Part shown: positions 38,746-48,781 of the stretch, in pieces
How positions within the stretch are numbered: the first letter of the stretch is position 1
How the letters are laid out: each line of letters begins with the position of its first letter
Source of the DNA: Candidatus Uhrbacteria bacterium
GTDB lineage: Bacteria > Patescibacteriota > Patescibacteriia > UBA9934
Direction: 5' to 3'
Length of the DNA: 64,000 nucleotides
NCBI GenBank assembly: GCA_030688135.1
Contig: JAUYIW010000067.1
Location: 23,982-87,981, forward strand
The notes under the pieces: generated by a model
What the model was told of the DNA's origin: nothing
Databases searched by the model: none
The model's input: only the letters and a program-made list of their open reading frames with translations
Made by a program: the position numbers and the translations under genes

Positions 38746-39240
38746 CTACTGGCTACTATCTACTTCGCCACTTGGAAGCTCAGTTCGCTCAGCCTCGGGG
38801 ATAGCTAAGAAATCCGGTCTGACAACAGTGCCATCGACTTCAACCGGAAGATCATCATTTACAACAAAAATACCATCACCATTATCTGCATGCAAAAGTG
38901 CAATGTAGCGGTAACCTGGCAACATTTCTTCGGTGAGATTAATTTTTAAATTTTCGTAAACGCCAATGTCAAGATAATCTGAAGTTCCAACAATTGCTGC
39001 AGGAGCGCCTGCGCCACCAGTTGCGAGCGTTTCATGAATTGTAATAAATCCTGGGGCAACAAGCTCGGTACTTAGCATTACAAAATCAATCTGATCCTGA
39101 TCCTCTACTGTTATTGATCCGCCTCCAACGTCGATTGGCACGTAATCAAGCTGAGGTGCCTCTGGGGCAAACATAAAATAACTGCCAAGAGCTGCAACTA
39201 CTGCAACTACTGCGAGAAGTGTTAGTATATCTTTTTTCAT
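38746..39240 (-). CDS. hypothetical secreted/membrane-anchored protein
   Basis: N-terminal TM/signal segment (ILTLLAVVAVVAALGSYFMF). 164 aa. No family recognised. Confidence 0.4.
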   Translation of the reverse strand: MKKDILTLLAVVAVVAALGSYFMFAPEAPQLDYVPIDVGGGSITVEDQDQIDFVMLSTELVAPGFITIHETLATGGAGAPAAIVGTSDYLDIGVYENLKINLTEEMLPGYRYIALLHADNGDGIFVVNDDLPVEVDGTVVRPDFLAIPEAERTELPSGEVDSSQ

Positions 39241-39339
39241 AAATAATATTTGATTACCAAATCATACTATCACAAATTTGAACAAAGCGAAAATTGGCTA
39301 AAACTAGCCTAGTTATAATGGTCTAAATGGTCTAATCGT

Positions 39340-39368
39340 TTGACAGAACGGCAATTTTGTTCTATAGT
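39340..39368 (+). promoter_or_regulatory. near-consensus sigma70 promoter (TTGACA-N17-TATAGT) for the island-4 gene
   Basis: TTGACAGAACGGCAATTTTGTTCTATAGT. It is followed by a ~150-nt GC-rich structured leader (39369-39519) containing the hairpin GCCCTTTTGAAAAAGGGC just before the RBS. Confidence 0.5.
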
Positions 39369-39519
39369 ATGCCGTTAGTCTGTGCTTTCAGCACCCCACT
39401 TTCTTTTTGCCTATTTGGCTTAAATAAGCAGAAAGAAGGCGGGAACAAGCACTCATTTTCCTCTTTGCCGACGGTCGGTGAGGAGTGAGCCCTTTTGAAA
39501 AAGGGCGGGAGATAAACAG

Positions 39520-39996
39520 ATGAGTAAGTTCGAAGGTTCCCGTGCCATGGCGCACCTCCTGGATCAGCTCGGCGACGAGCGCTTCGCAGCTCTGATCGAC
39601 TCGGCCAACACCGGGAAGGTCAAGGAGCTCTGCGATGCCCTCGTGAGGAATACACCCTCTCTCCCGACGGAGATGACGATCAATGGCCGCACCTACGATA
39701 TCCTCGGCTTCCTGCGGGAAGACGAGACGTCGGTGCTCAACCACGAGATGATCACGCGCGCCAAGAACATGAACGCCCACCTCGGGGAGGACGACTGCGA
39801 GTACCTGCTGGACAACCAGCAGGATATCCCCGTGAGTTTGCGGCGCAAGGTCGTGTTCGTCTTCACCTACTGGCGTGGCTCCGGCGACTCCGAGGATGTC
39901 TGCTACGTCTTTTGGGACCACGTCGTCTGGTTTCGGAGCTGGGACAGGGGCTTCAGCATCTGGAGTGGCGACTATCGGGTGCTCCGTCGCAAGTAG
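39520..39996 (+). CDS. hypothetical protein (high-GC island 4)
   Basis: 158 aa with balanced composition. An RBS-like GGGAGATAAACAG precedes the ATG. The antisense 177-aa ORF is a GC shadow. No family recognised. Confidence 0.45.
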   Translation: MSKFEGSRAMAHLLDQLGDERFAALIDSANTGKVKELCDALVRNTPSLPTEMTINGRTYDILGFLREDETSVLNHEMITRAKNMNAHLGEDDCEYLLDNQQDIPVSLRRKVVFVFTYWRGSGDSEDVCYVFWDHVVWFRSWDRGFSIWSGDYRVLRRK

Positions 39997-40004
39997 TCCC
40001 TCGG

Positions 40005-40069
40005 GTCCTTGTGACCTTTGCCCTTGGCATTGGTCACAAGGACACCTGCCTGCCTGCCTGCCTGCCGGC
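40005..40069. repeat. hairpin GTCCTTGTGACC...GGTCACAAGGAC followed by a (CCTGCCTG)n-CCGGC tract
   Basis: Same GC-rich CCTGCCTGCC motif as the palindrome at 5571-5610. Confidence 0.6.
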
Positions 40070-40124
40070 TTGATTCCTTCCCGCCGTCAGGCGGGTCGGT
40101 ACCGCCGAGGAGGCTACCCTCATA

Positions 40125-40170
40125 CACCCCGCACTGGATTCGTCCACGCGGGGTGTTTTATTTTATGTTA
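40125..40170 (+). terminator. rho-independent terminator closing high-GC island 4
   Basis: CACCCCGCACTGGATTCGTCCACGCGGGGTG followed by TTTTATTTTAT. Confidence 0.6.
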
Positions 40171-40242
40171 CAATTCCATTCGGAAAGTAAATGTTTCAGT
40201 CACGGCTACAGTTTTGGGCGATTGAACCTACACACACCTTGT

Positions 40243-40378
40243 CAACGCTAGATGTTGGACTGTGCGTGCACAAAATACCAACACCTGGGGTTGGTAATGA
40301 TTAACAACGCTAGATGTTGGACTTTCTCATATGAGCCATATATTAAAGGATCCGGCTCTGTCAACGCTAGATGTTGGA
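40243..40378 (+). repeat. three direct copies of the 18-bp iteron-like motif (T/A)CAACGCTAGATGTTGGA, spaced about 58-61 bp
   Basis: Copies at 40243-40260, 40304-40322 and 40361-40378. The motif is a near-palindrome CAAC-N7-GTTG around a central CTAG. A fourth copy lies at 5250-5267. Confidence 0.7.
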
Positions 40379-40485
40379 GACTCGTATAATCGAAATGGAA
40401 CAGACGTTATAATGCAATTGCATTAACACATAACAATCTGGGGGAATTTTTTTAAAAAAATATCTGAATAGCTACCTCATTAAGA

Positions 40486-40516
40486 CCAAATCTAAAAGCC
40501 GGCTCACTTGCCGGCT
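40486..40516. terminator. bidirectional terminator downstream of map
   Basis: AAAAGCCGGCTCACTTGCCGGCTTTT, a perfect hairpin flanked by A/T runs. Confidence 0.6.
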
Positions 40517-40525
40517 TTTAGATTG

Positions 40526-41308
40526 TTAAATTTTTATCTCAGGTTGTAGCGTTAATATCTCCGGTCCGTCTTCGCCGATAACAATCGTTACTTCATAGTG
40601 AGCCGCGTCTGATCCGTCAACGGTAGTAATTGTCCAGCCATCTTCCAATGTTTCAATATCGTCTGATCCGGTTGTAATCATTGGCTCAATAGCCAAACAC
40701 ATTCCAATTTTAATTTCCTGATCTGGGAATTTTTTTGTTCTGTAATTTGGAATATGAGGTTTTTCATGCACCTCATGCCCAACGCCATGCCCTACTAAGG
40801 CACGCACAATGCCATATTTTTTCAAATCGATTACATCTTCTACCGCCGCACCAATATCCGATATCATATTTCCAACTACTGCAGCATCGACGCCCACATA
40901 AAGCGCATCACGAGTTAAACGCATAAGTTCAAGCTTTTCTTTAGATACATTTCCAACCGGAACTGTAACAGCCATATCTACACACATATCTTCGTACCAA
41001 AGGCCAATATCTAGACCAACAATGTCTCCCTCTTCCAATGTTATATCTCGGCCACCAACACCATGAACAATCTCATTATTTCTTGAAATACAAAGAGTTG
41101 ATGGAAAAGGAGTACCTCCACCACTTCCAAATCCCTTAAATGAAGGCTTACCTCCACCCTCTAGAATCGCCTGCTCGGCAATAGAATCAAGTTCACGCAT
41201 AGTAACGCCAGGCTTTGTAGCATCAACCGCCGCTTGCAATGCACGTGACAGCAATGCGCCACCTTTGCGCATACTTTCGATTTCTTTAATTGTTTTTATA
41301 AGTGCCAT
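40526..41308 (-). CDS. map: methionine aminopeptidase, type I
   Basis: Pita-bread fold with metal ligands (D..D..H..E..E in the conserved order). 260 aa. Confidence 0.9.
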   Translation of the reverse strand: MALIKTIKEIESMRKGGALLSRALQAAVDATKPGVTMRELDSIAEQAILEGGGKPSFKGFGSGGGTPFPSTLCISRNNEIVHGVGGRDITLEEGDIVGLDIGLWYEDMCVDMAVTVPVGNVSKEKLELMRLTRDALYVGVDAAVVGNMISDIGAAVEDVIDLKKYGIVRALVGHGVGHEVHEKPHIPNYRTKKFPDQEIKIGMCLAIEPMITTGSDDIETLEDGWTITTVDGSDAAHYEVTIVIGEDGPEILTLQPEIKI

Positions 41309-41367
41309 ATGATTTTGCTAGTTACCTACTGATGTACTAATTTTTACTGATATACAGATCGAGTAGC

Positions 41368-41925
41368 TTATTCAGAAAAACTGAGTGCTTCGTTTACTCG
41401 TTCAGAGATCTCCTCTATAGTTCCAATGCCATTTATAATCTTCGCAATCCCCTGCTTTTGATATTCGTCGATAATAGGAGTCGTGTCTTCTTCGTAAATC
41501 TCAAGTCTACGAGCAATTTTCTCCGACGTGTCATCAACTCGCTTTTCAATTTCTGCACGTTTCAAAAGCCGGCGCATAGATTCATCATTAGGCACATCGA
41601 TTACCAAGAGCGCCGAAGGCTGATCGAACTGCTTGTATACTTCATATTGCGCACGATTCCTTGGATAGCCATCAAGAATATAACCAATCTGAGCGTCAGG
41701 TTGATCTAAACGTTTTTTCAAAACTTGAAGTGCAACATTGTCTGGTACTAATTCACCCTGATCAATAGTTCTCTTAATCTCTAACCCTAATTCACTTTGA
41801 GATTCAGTTTCATTACGTAAAAGCTGACCCATCGAAAGCGCTGGAATATTTAATTTTTCCGCTAATATGTTCGCCTGTGTCCCCTTGCCACTACCCTGAG
41901 GGCCAAGGATTAGAATTTTGTGCAT
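41368..41925 (-). CDS. adk: adenylate kinase (short, without Zn-lid)
   Basis: P-loop GPQGSGKGTQ, NMP-binding region, 185 aa. Confidence 0.9.
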   Translation of the reverse strand: MHKILILGPQGSGKGTQANILAEKLNIPALSMGQLLRNETESQSELGLEIKRTIDQGELVPDNVALQVLKKRLDQPDAQIGYILDGYPRNRAQYEVYKQFDQPSALLVIDVPNDESMRRLLKRAEIEKRVDDTSEKIARRLEIYEEDTTPIIDEYQKQGIAKIINGIGTIEEISERVNEALSFSE

Positions 41926-42271
41926 AATTCCGTATGCTAAAGTTTATTATTTATCGCCTTGATTGCTTGTAGTGCAAAGTTTAATATCTGGCGACGTAGT
42001 GTATTGATATTTGATATTTGCCAACACTACTGCAGGTCACGTAGGAACAATCCCTTGTGATTGTCAGCTCGCTTATAGTACACCTTAAGGCAGATTTTTC
42101 AATAGTATTAAAACGAGCCTCTTCCGGCTCGCTGTTATTGCTAATTGTTCGTAGATCGACCTGATAACACAATCGATCGTTCGTCTTACGGCTATGCGTT
42201 CATTGCTCGCTCTGCTCGCGTTCGTCTATCCGTGACACTCCGTAAATCATCCGTGACAATCCGTGCCTTAT

Positions 42272-43537
42272 CTACATGTCGTATCGCCTCATAGTAACTT
42301 GAGACTCAACCTGTTTAACTATATCAATTACAACCGATACAATGATAAGAATTGCAGCACCACCAACGATTAAATTAGGACTTCCTGTAACTTCCTGCAC
42401 AATAAGAGGCAAAACGGCTATTGCGCCAAGGAATGCTGCACCAGTCAAAAGGATTCGATTCTTAACCCAGTTTAGATACTTTGCTGTTTGTGCACCAGGT
42501 CGAATACCAGGAATGAAACCACCCTGCTTCTGCAAATTCTCAGCAACATTTTCTGGTTTAAAAATCACGCCCGCGTAGAAGAAAGTAAAGACAAAGACAA
42601 GTGTGAAATACAAGATTGCGTAAAACGCACTATTCCCAAATGCCTGCAACACAAATTCCGCTACACTGCGAATGAATTCAGTTCTGGCGTTCACAAAAAA
42701 CTGTGCGACAAGTGGAGGAAATACAACAACAGAAATCGCAAAGATAATAGGAATCATTCCTCCCATATTAACTCGAATCGGTAAATGCGAAGTTACTTTA
42801 GTGCTAGTGACTCCCTGCACTCCACGTGCATACTGTACTGGAATATTACGCTGTCCTTCGTTTACCACTACCACCGTAACCACGGTTACAATTGAAAGTA
42901 TAACGAACAATACAATGTTAAAAAGGTCTGCCGATGTGTATGTGGCCAATGTTCTTTGTATAAAGCTAGGAAAACCAGAAACAATGCCCGCAAGAATTAA
43001 AATAGAAATACCGTTCCCAACATTACGCTCGGTAATAAGTTCACCAAGCCACATTAAGAAAATTGTTCCAGCAGCCATTGATATGAGCGCAGTTATCATT
43101 GTAAAACCGCTTACATCGAAGCCTCCAATCGCTCCTGCCTGTTGGCCAAACAATTTAATAAGTCCAAATCCCTGCACAAATGCAAGCGGAGCAGTAGCAT
43201 AACGAGTCCATTTGTTAATTTTTTGTCTTCCCTGCTCTTCTTTTTGCAATTCTTCAAACTGCGGGAATATCATTCCAAGAAGCTGAAAAATAATCGAGCT
43301 AGTAATGTACGGTGCAACGCCAAGTGCAACAATAGAAAAATTCTCAAGCGTACCACCTGAGAAAACATTCAAGAGTCCGAGAAATTGGTTTGAACCGAGC
43401 ATTGAAGAGATTCCAGATGCGTCAATTCCAGGTACGGTAATATGAGCTGCAACACGGAAAATCGTAAGGGTAAACAAAATGAAAAGCAAACTATTACGAA
43501 GCTCCTTTACTTTAAATATCCGCTTTAGCATCTCCAT
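42272..43537 (-). CDS. secY: preprotein translocase subunit SecY
   Basis: 10-TM topology with conserved SecY motifs (GISILILAGIV, plug region). 421 aa. Confidence 0.92.
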   Translation of the reverse strand: MEMLKRIFKVKELRNSLLFILFTLTIFRVAAHITVPGIDASGISSMLGSNQFLGLLNVFSGGTLENFSIVALGVAPYITSSIIFQLLGMIFPQFEELQKEEQGRQKINKWTRYATAPLAFVQGFGLIKLFGQQAGAIGGFDVSGFTMITALISMAAGTIFLMWLGELITERNVGNGISILILAGIVSGFPSFIQRTLATYTSADLFNIVLFVILSIVTVVTVVVVNEGQRNIPVQYARGVQGVTSTKVTSHLPIRVNMGGMIPIIFAISVVVFPPLVAQFFVNARTEFIRSVAEFVLQAFGNSAFYAILYFTLVFVFTFFYAGVIFKPENVAENLQKQGGFIPGIRPGAQTAKYLNWVKNRILLTGAAFLGAIAVLPLIVQEVTGSPNLIVGGAAILIIVSVVIDIVKQVESQVTMRRYDM

Positions 43538-43549
43538 AATTTGAATATC

Positions 43550-43987
43550 CTATTTTGCTGAAACATTACCTCCAGCGGCTGTAATTTTTTCTACAGCTGA
43601 TTTTGAAACCTTACAACCCTTAACTTTAACTGCAATTCTTATTTCACCGTCTCCTAAAATCTTTACTCCATCCTTTTTTGATGCAATTAACTTTTTATCC
43701 AATAGTGTCTGTGGGCTTACTACATCATCCTTCTTAAATGCAGAATCAATACCTCCAAGGTTAACTACCGCTGGCTTGCCTGCTTGAGATTGAAACCCTC
43801 GCACCTTAGGAGTCGCAAGCATAAGCGAACGAAGCCCAAGACGCTTTAAACCGCCAACACCTGAACGAGACTTTTGTCCCTTATGTCCACGACCAGAAGT
43901 CTTACCACCAGTAAAACCACGCCCAAGGCGTTTCTTAGACTTCTTAGAACCTTCTGATGGTTTTAAATTATTTAGTGTTAATGGCAT
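43550..43987 (-). CDS. rplO: 50S ribosomal protein L15
   Basis: KKRLGRGFTGGKTSGRGHKGQKSRSG Gly/Arg-rich N-terminus. No L30 gene lies between S5 and L15, as is typical of CPR. Confidence 0.9.
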   Translation of the reverse strand: MPLTLNNLKPSEGSKKSKKRLGRGFTGGKTSGRGHKGQKSRSGVGGLKRLGLRSLMLATPKVRGFQSQAGKPAVVNLGGIDSAFKKDDVVSPQTLLDKKLIASKKDGVKILGDGEIRIAVKVKGCKVSKSAVEKITAAGGNVSAK

Positions 43988-44025
43988 ATATTTATATTAT
44001 CAATCTTTACAGTAAAACCATCAAC

Positions 44026-44616
44026 TTATTTATGATCGCTTACTGCGACTTCTTCCACAGCTTTTATGCTAACTGTCTTCACTTTTTTCGCACCCTCCTC
44101 ACCCTTCAAAGATCGCAACGCCACAAAAGTCGCTTTAGCATTATTTATTTTGCTGTCTGATCCTAAAATCTTTGAAACAGCATTTGGAACGCCAGCAAAT
44201 TCAAGTACCATTCGCACAGCTCCGCCAGACTTTAGTCCTGTACCTTCCGGAGCTGGTTTCAGCATTATCTCAGCTGCACCAAACTTACTAAGTATAGCAT
44301 GTGGAATAGTTCCGTTAATAAGTGGAACGGTTACAAGATTTTTCTTTGCCTGTTTAAAAGCCTTTTCTACAGAGGCTGCAACGTCTGCTCCTTTCGCAAT
44401 ACCCATTCCAACTCTACCTTTACGATCACCAATAATAAGACATGTTCGGAATCGCATGCGCTTTCCGCCTTTTGTGACACGCGTAACGCGAGCAAGCTCA
44501 AGAATACGTTGCTCAAATTCACGCTCTTCACGCTGTTTACCGCGGCGTCGAGGTCTTGCATTCTTTATGCTACCGCGTTTCTTTTTATCAGTGTTCTCTT
44601 CAAACATACAAATCAA
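44026..44616 (-). CDS. rpsE: 30S ribosomal protein S5
   Basis: dsRBD-like domain plus the S5 C-terminal domain (VTKGGKRMRFRTCLIIGD). Confidence 0.9.
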   Translation of the reverse strand: MICMFEENTDKKKRGSIKNARPRRRGKQREEREFEQRILELARVTRVTKGGKRMRFRTCLIIGDRKGRVGMGIAKGADVAASVEKAFKQAKKNLVTVPLINGTIPHAILSKFGAAEIMLKPAPEGTGLKSGGAVRMVLEFAGVPNAVSKILGSDSKINNAKATFVALRSLKGEEGAKKVKTVSIKAVEEVAVSDHK

Positions 44617-44979
44617 TTAAAACTTCAAACCTCCCTCACGTGCTGCGTCTGCTAATGCTTTAACGCTGCCATGATACTTATAAGGACCTCTGTCAAAAAC
44701 TACTGATTCGATACCAGCTGATACGGCTGCCTTTGCAACTTCTGCCCCAACTAGTGCTGCTACTTCTACCGGCTTCTTGCCATCTACCTTAAGCTTAATG
44801 TCTGAAGCTGAAGCAAGAGTTTTTCCAGCAGCGTCATCTATAACCTGAACTGAAATATGCTTAAGAGATTTAGAAACCGAAAGACGTGGGCGCTCTGCAG
44901 TGCCTCGAATCTTAGCACGCGTTCGTCTTGCACGAAGCGTAGTTGTCTTTCTCTTTTTTTGTAATTTTTTTGCTTCCAT
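44617..44979 (-). CDS. rplR: 50S ribosomal protein L18
   Basis: [18 protein letters not shown] ... [11 protein letters not shown]. Confidence 0.9.
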   Translation of the reverse strand: MEAKKLQKKRKTTTLRARRTRAKIRGTAERPRLSVSKSLKHISVQVIDDAAGKTLASASDIKLKVDGKKPVEVAALVGAEVAKAAVSAGIESVVFDRGPYKYHGSVKALADAAREGGLKF

Positions 44980-44984
44980 ACTTT

Positions 44985-45533
44985 TTAATCAGACTTAGCG
45001 GCCTTACCCACCTTGCGGCGAACCACTTCGTCAGTATAGCGGAATCCTTTACCCTTATAAGGTTCAGGTTTTTTTAGTCCTCGGATTTCTGCAGCGACAT
45101 GACCAACTAATGCAGTGTCTACTCCACTAATAGTAATAACGTTGCCTTCGACACTGGCGTTAATGCCATCAGGAATCTTAAACTCAACCTCGTGTGAAAA
45201 TCCTAGCTTCATAACAAGCTTTGAGCCCTGCAAGTTCATTCGAAAACCAACTCCATTTAGCTCCAATGCTTTTGACCAGCCCTCCGTAACACCATGAATC
45301 ATATTCGCTAAAAGTGCACGCATAGTCCCCCACATGGCAGCGTCTCCCTTAGGATCTTTAACGGTCACCTCTAGGAGATCTCCATTTTCACCGGTTTTCT
45401 TTTCAACCGTTGCACACTCATGCAGGACGAGTTCCAACTCGCCCTTAGGTCCCTTAACTTTTACAGTCTGGCCGTTAATTTCTACAGCAACACCGCTTGG
45501 GACTAATATGGATTTTTTTCCTATTCGTGACAT
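44985..45533 (-). CDS. rplF: 50S ribosomal protein L6
   Basis: MSRIGKK start, two alpha/beta domains, PEPYKGKG motif. Confidence 0.9.
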   Translation of the reverse strand: MSRIGKKSILVPSGVAVEINGQTVKVKGPKGELELVLHECATVEKKTGENGDLLEVTVKDPKGDAAMWGTMRALLANMIHGVTEGWSKALELNGVGFRMNLQGSKLVMKLGFSHEVEFKIPDGINASVEGNVITISGVDTALVGHVAAEIRGLKKPEPYKGKGFRYTDEVVRRKVGKAAKSD

Positions 45534-45678
45534 ATTATGTTAGATATTTGCTGCCTAGAAATTAGAGAATAGTTAATGTTGTGCTCAGAATTCTGTTTGA
45601 AAATAACACGCTTTTGCTACTTTCAGTTTCTACTATTTGTAACTAATCTCCATTCTCCAGACAGCTTCTTTCAATTCT

Positions 45679-46080
45679 TTAGAACACCTCGCAAATTACT
45701 TCACCACCCAGTCTTCGCTTCCTTGCGGCCACGTTTGTCATTAGACCGTTTGGAGTTGAAACAATAGTTAATCCAAATCCTGATCTTATAGTTCTCAAGT
45801 CGTCTGCGCTTGAATAAATTCTAGATCCGGGCTTACTGATTCTACGAACAGATGTAATCGCAGGCTCCTTACTTCTTGAATACTTCAAATGAATCCGAAG
45901 TGTCGGCTTTATAGCATTCTCTAGCTTCTCGGCCCTACTAACATAACCTTCTTGCTCTAAAATTTTCGCAATAGCGAACTTCATCTTAGAAAAAGGCATA
46001 TCAGCAACACCCTTCCGAATAACGGAAGCATTGCGAATGCGAGTTAACATGTCTGAAATTGGATCTGTCATCATATGCAT
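45679..46080 (-). CDS. rpsH: 30S ribosomal protein S8
   Basis: DPISDMLTRIRNA N-terminus. Confidence 0.9.
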   Translation of the reverse strand: MHMMTDPISDMLTRIRNASVIRKGVADMPFSKMKFAIAKILEQEGYVSRAEKLENAIKPTLRIHLKYSRSKEPAITSVRRISKPGSRIYSSADDLRTIRSGFGLTIVSTPNGLMTNVAARKRRLGGEVICEVF

Positions 46081-46179
46081 TAGAGATCGGCTGTTTGAAA
46101 ATTGGAAATTAGTAATGAGAAACTATCTTCAGCGATCTATTACTACTCTCTAATTTCCAAACAGCTCTTTTCTACATTT

Positions 46180-46365
46180 TTACCAGCTTGCTTTTTTTAT
46201 TCCGGGGATCTCACCCTTATTTGCTAATTCACGGAAACAAATACGGCACAGCCCAAACGCGCGCATAAAGAATCTGTTACGTCCGCAGTTCCAACATCTA
46301 TTCACCTTGCGGCTCATAAACTTTGGCTGCTTTTTTGACTTTGCAATTTGGTTCTTTGTTGCCAT
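46180..46365 (-). CDS. rpsZ: 30S ribosomal protein S14 type Z (zinc-binding)
   Basis: 61 aa with CxxC...CxxC (CWNCGR...CRIC). Confidence 0.9.
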   Translation of the reverse strand: MATKNQIAKSKKQPKFMSRKVNRCWNCGRNRFFMRAFGLCRICFRELANKGEIPGIKKASW

Positions 46366-46366
46366 A

Positions 46367-46912
46367 CTATTTCTCGTTTTTCTTAAATGGGAACTTTAGC
46401 GACTTAAACAGCGCCAAGCCTTCTTCCTTATTCTCTGCTGATGTCGTAATAGTTACTTGAAGGCCGTGAATCTTTTCGATTGCATCAACACTAATTTCTG
46501 GAAATGCAATATGCTCACGGAACCCGTAATTAAAGTTTCCTGCTGAATCAATCGCTGTTTCAGGGATTCCTCTAAAGTCACGAATTCGAGGGAAAACTAC
46601 ATTCACAAGCTTGCTAACAAAATCCCACATACGCTCACCTCGAAGCGTAACCATGGCTCCAACAACAAGTCCCTCACGAACTTTAAAGCCAGCAATAGAC
46701 TGTCGGGCTTTAGTTTCAACAGGCTTTTGTCCAGAAATACGCCCTAAAGTGTCTAGGATTGTTTCAATGAACTTTGGATCTTTCTTGCTACTTAGCCTGC
46801 TGTTTATCGTAACCTTGGTTATAGTTGGAGTATTCAAAAGACTCTTACGGCCAAGCTCTTCTTTAAGCGCCGGTGCAATACTTGTTTGAAATTGTTTTTT
46901 CAATTCGCTCAT
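46367..46912 (-). CDS. rplE: 50S ribosomal protein L5
   Basis: Conserved L5 core ([14 protein letters not shown]). Confidence 0.9.
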   Translation of the reverse strand: MSELKKQFQTSIAPALKEELGRKSLLNTPTITKVTINSRLSSKKDPKFIETILDTLGRISGQKPVETKARQSIAGFKVREGLVVGAMVTLRGERMWDFVSKLVNVVFPRIRDFRGIPETAIDSAGNFNYGFREHIAFPEISVDAIEKIHGLQVTITTSAENKEEGLALFKSLKFPFKKNEK

Positions 46913-46913
46913 A

Positions 46914-47231
46914 CTATTCTAAATCTTCAAGACCTTTTTTAGTCTTAAGTATTCTAACTTTTGTCTTTTTTGAATCGCGCTCAATAAACTTATAAGCAAC
47001 ACGACCTTCGCCAGCCTTTCCAATAACTCGTACATTTGAAGCGTCTATTGGTGCAAAGTAATCAATACGTTGTCCAGCTGTGTTACCTCGTCGTTTTAGA
47101 TGTTTTACAGCCTTATTGATTTCTTCAATAACAACTTTATTGAGATTTGGAAAAACCTGCAGGACCTTTCCGGTCTTGCCTTTATCTTTACCTGCGGTAA
47201 CTCTTACATTGTCGCCAGTTTTAATCTTCAT
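46914..47231 (-). CDS. rplX: 50S ribosomal protein L24
   Basis: KIKTGDNVRVTAGKDKGKTGKV KOW motif. Confidence 0.9.
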   Translation of the reverse strand: MKIKTGDNVRVTAGKDKGKTGKVLQVFPNLNKVVIEEINKAVKHLKRRGNTAGQRIDYFAPIDASNVRVIGKAGEGRVAYKFIERDSKKTKVRILKTKKGLEDLE

Positions 47232-47240
47232 ATTATATTA

Positions 47241-47343
47241 CCAGGTTCCTACTGATGTACTGATAGCTACAGATTTACTAATTGGATTTAGCCGCTTGTC
47301 GATCTGTATATCTGTAATAATCTGTACATTAGTAGGGTCCTTG
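47241..47343. repeat. ~100-bp palindromic spacer element, family D copy 1 (L14/L24 gap)
   Basis: Terminal inverted repeats CCAGGTTCCTACTGATGTAC ... GTACATTAGTAGGGTCCTTG. Inner core CGATCTGTATATCTGTA. Confidence 0.65.
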
Positions 47344-47354
47344 TTTTTCGCATG

Positions 47355-47726
47355 TTATAGCACCTCTGGTGCAAGAGAGATAATTTTAGTATATCCTAGG
47401 CCTCGTAATTCTCGTGCAACTGGGCCGAAGATTCGAGTTCCCTTCATGTCTTTGTTGCCCTTGTCGATAATTACTGCCGCATTTTCTCCAAATCTTATGT
47501 AAGAGCCGTCTGGTCTTCGGATTTCTTTTTTTGTACGTACGAGAACTGCATGCACGATGTCACTCTTCTTAACATTACTGTGCGGAACAGCCTCTTTTAC
47601 CACAGCTGTAACAACATCCCCAAGACAAGCATAACGCTTCTTATACCCACCGAGTACCCTAATAACCATAAGCCTCTTGGCTCCAGTATTATCCGCTACG
47701 TTTATCATTGATAGATGCTGTAACAT
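47355..47726 (-). CDS. rplN: 50S ribosomal protein L14
   Basis: [17 protein letters not shown] start. Confidence 0.92.
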   Translation of the reverse strand: MLQHLSMINVADNTGAKRLMVIRVLGGYKKRYACLGDVVTAVVKEAVPHSNVKKSDIVHAVLVRTKKEIRRPDGSYIRFGENAAVIIDKGNKDMKGTRIFGPVARELRGLGYTKIISLAPEVL

Positions 47727-47734
47727 ATTTTATA

Positions 47735-48010
47735 TTAGTTCTCGATCTGTACTATCCTCCAGTGCTTATCTTTAGAAATTGGACGCGTTTCTTCAATAGT
47801 AACCTTATCGCCTATCTTTGCAGAATTCAGAGAATCATGCGCTTTAAACTTTTGACTTACAGTATAGCGCTTATTATATTTTGGATGAACCATAGCTCGC
47901 TGAACTCGAACAACGACGGTTTTGTCCATCTTATCTGATACTACCGTACCAATCAGGCGTCGGCGTTTTACATTGTTATTCTCTTCAGTCATACGATAAT
48001 TAGTTTTCAA
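47735..48010 (-). CDS. rpsQ: 30S ribosomal protein S17
   Basis: OB fold ([16 protein letters not shown]). Confidence 0.9.
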   Translation of the reverse strand: MKTNYRMTEENNNVKRRRLIGTVVSDKMDKTVVVRVQRAMVHPKYNKRYTVSQKFKAHDSLNSAKIGDKVTIEETRPISKDKHWRIVQIEN

Positions 48011-48209
48011 TCACTTTATCAGAGCCTTCTAACTGGCTAATCCTAGTCTCTATCCGTGCAATTAGCTTCTTTTTCTTCCTTACACTCCTCACATCCTTTA
48101 ACTGATTCACAGAAAGTTTCAACCTTAATTCATGCAAGCTTGAACGCTCTTCGCTAAGAATCTTCTTGAGCTCATTTGCGCTCTTTTTTTCAAGTTCTTT
48201 CCATTCCAT
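48000..48209 (-). CDS. rpmC: 50S ribosomal protein L29
   Basis: 69 aa, helical, L29-like ([13 protein letters not shown]). Confidence 0.85.
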   Translation of the reverse strand: MEWKELEKKSANELKKILSEERSSLHELRLKLSVNQLKDVRSVRKKKKLIARIETRISQLEGSDKVIEN

Positions 48210-48346
48210 ACCCGGTTGAACAACTTTGAATTAGTGTATGATATTAAGCTTTTTTTAGTAATTGGTCAAGTACCGAGCATTTCGCTCTATACCATTTTGC
48301 AATGACAACCTATGAAAAGGCTTTCCAAGGTCGTACTGCTGGCATA

Positions 48347-48760
48347 CTACTGTCTGATGACAAACTTAGTTTTGGTTGGTAGCTTATGCGCAGCAAGTCT
48401 AAACGCCTCGCGAGCCAAATCTTCCGTAACTCCATCCATTTCAAACATTACTGTACCAGCTCTCACAGGTGTCATGTAGTAATCGACTCCTCCCTTACCT
48501 TTACCCATCGGAGCTTCAGCACCATGACTAGTGATTGGATGATCTGGGAAAATACGAATCCATATCTTACCGCCGCGCTTCACATGCCTTGTCATTGCGC
48601 GACGAGCTGCCTCGATTTGACGTGCGGTTACCCACGACTCTGTTATAGCCTTCAAGCCAAAGCTTCCGAAAGCAACTTCGGTCTTTTGCGAAGCCACACG
48701 ATCGCCTTTTGTGCGTCGCTTGTGCAACTTGCGGTATTTCATTTTCTTAGGCATCAACAT
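48347..48760 (-). CDS. rplP: 50S ribosomal protein L16
   Basis: [16 protein letters not shown] start and the RMGKGKG motif. Confidence 0.92.
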   Translation of the reverse strand: MLMPKKMKYRKLHKRRTKGDRVASQKTEVAFGSFGLKAITESWVTARQIEAARRAMTRHVKRGGKIWIRIFPDHPITSHGAEAPMGKGKGGVDYYMTPVRAGTVMFEMDGVTEDLAREAFRLAAHKLPTKTKFVIRQ

Positions 48761-48781
48761 ATGATCTTTTTCAAGTCGTGT

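Noticed and set aside
39388-39921. 177-aa minus-strand ORF in high-GC island 4
   Set aside because: It is antisense to the 158-aa plus-strand ORF, which has a consensus promoter, an RBS and a downstream terminator. Its amino-acid composition is GC-shadow-like.
40243-40378. Possible CRISPR array
   Set aside because: There are only three 18-bp repeats with irregular spacers of 41 and 43 bp. The motif is a near-palindrome and also occurs singly elsewhere. No cas genes are present.
42342-44620. Plus-strand ORFs (e.g. 42672..43202, 44066..44620) overlapping secY and r-protein genes
   Set aside because: These are antisense to unambiguous, highly conserved genes, and their compositions are odd.
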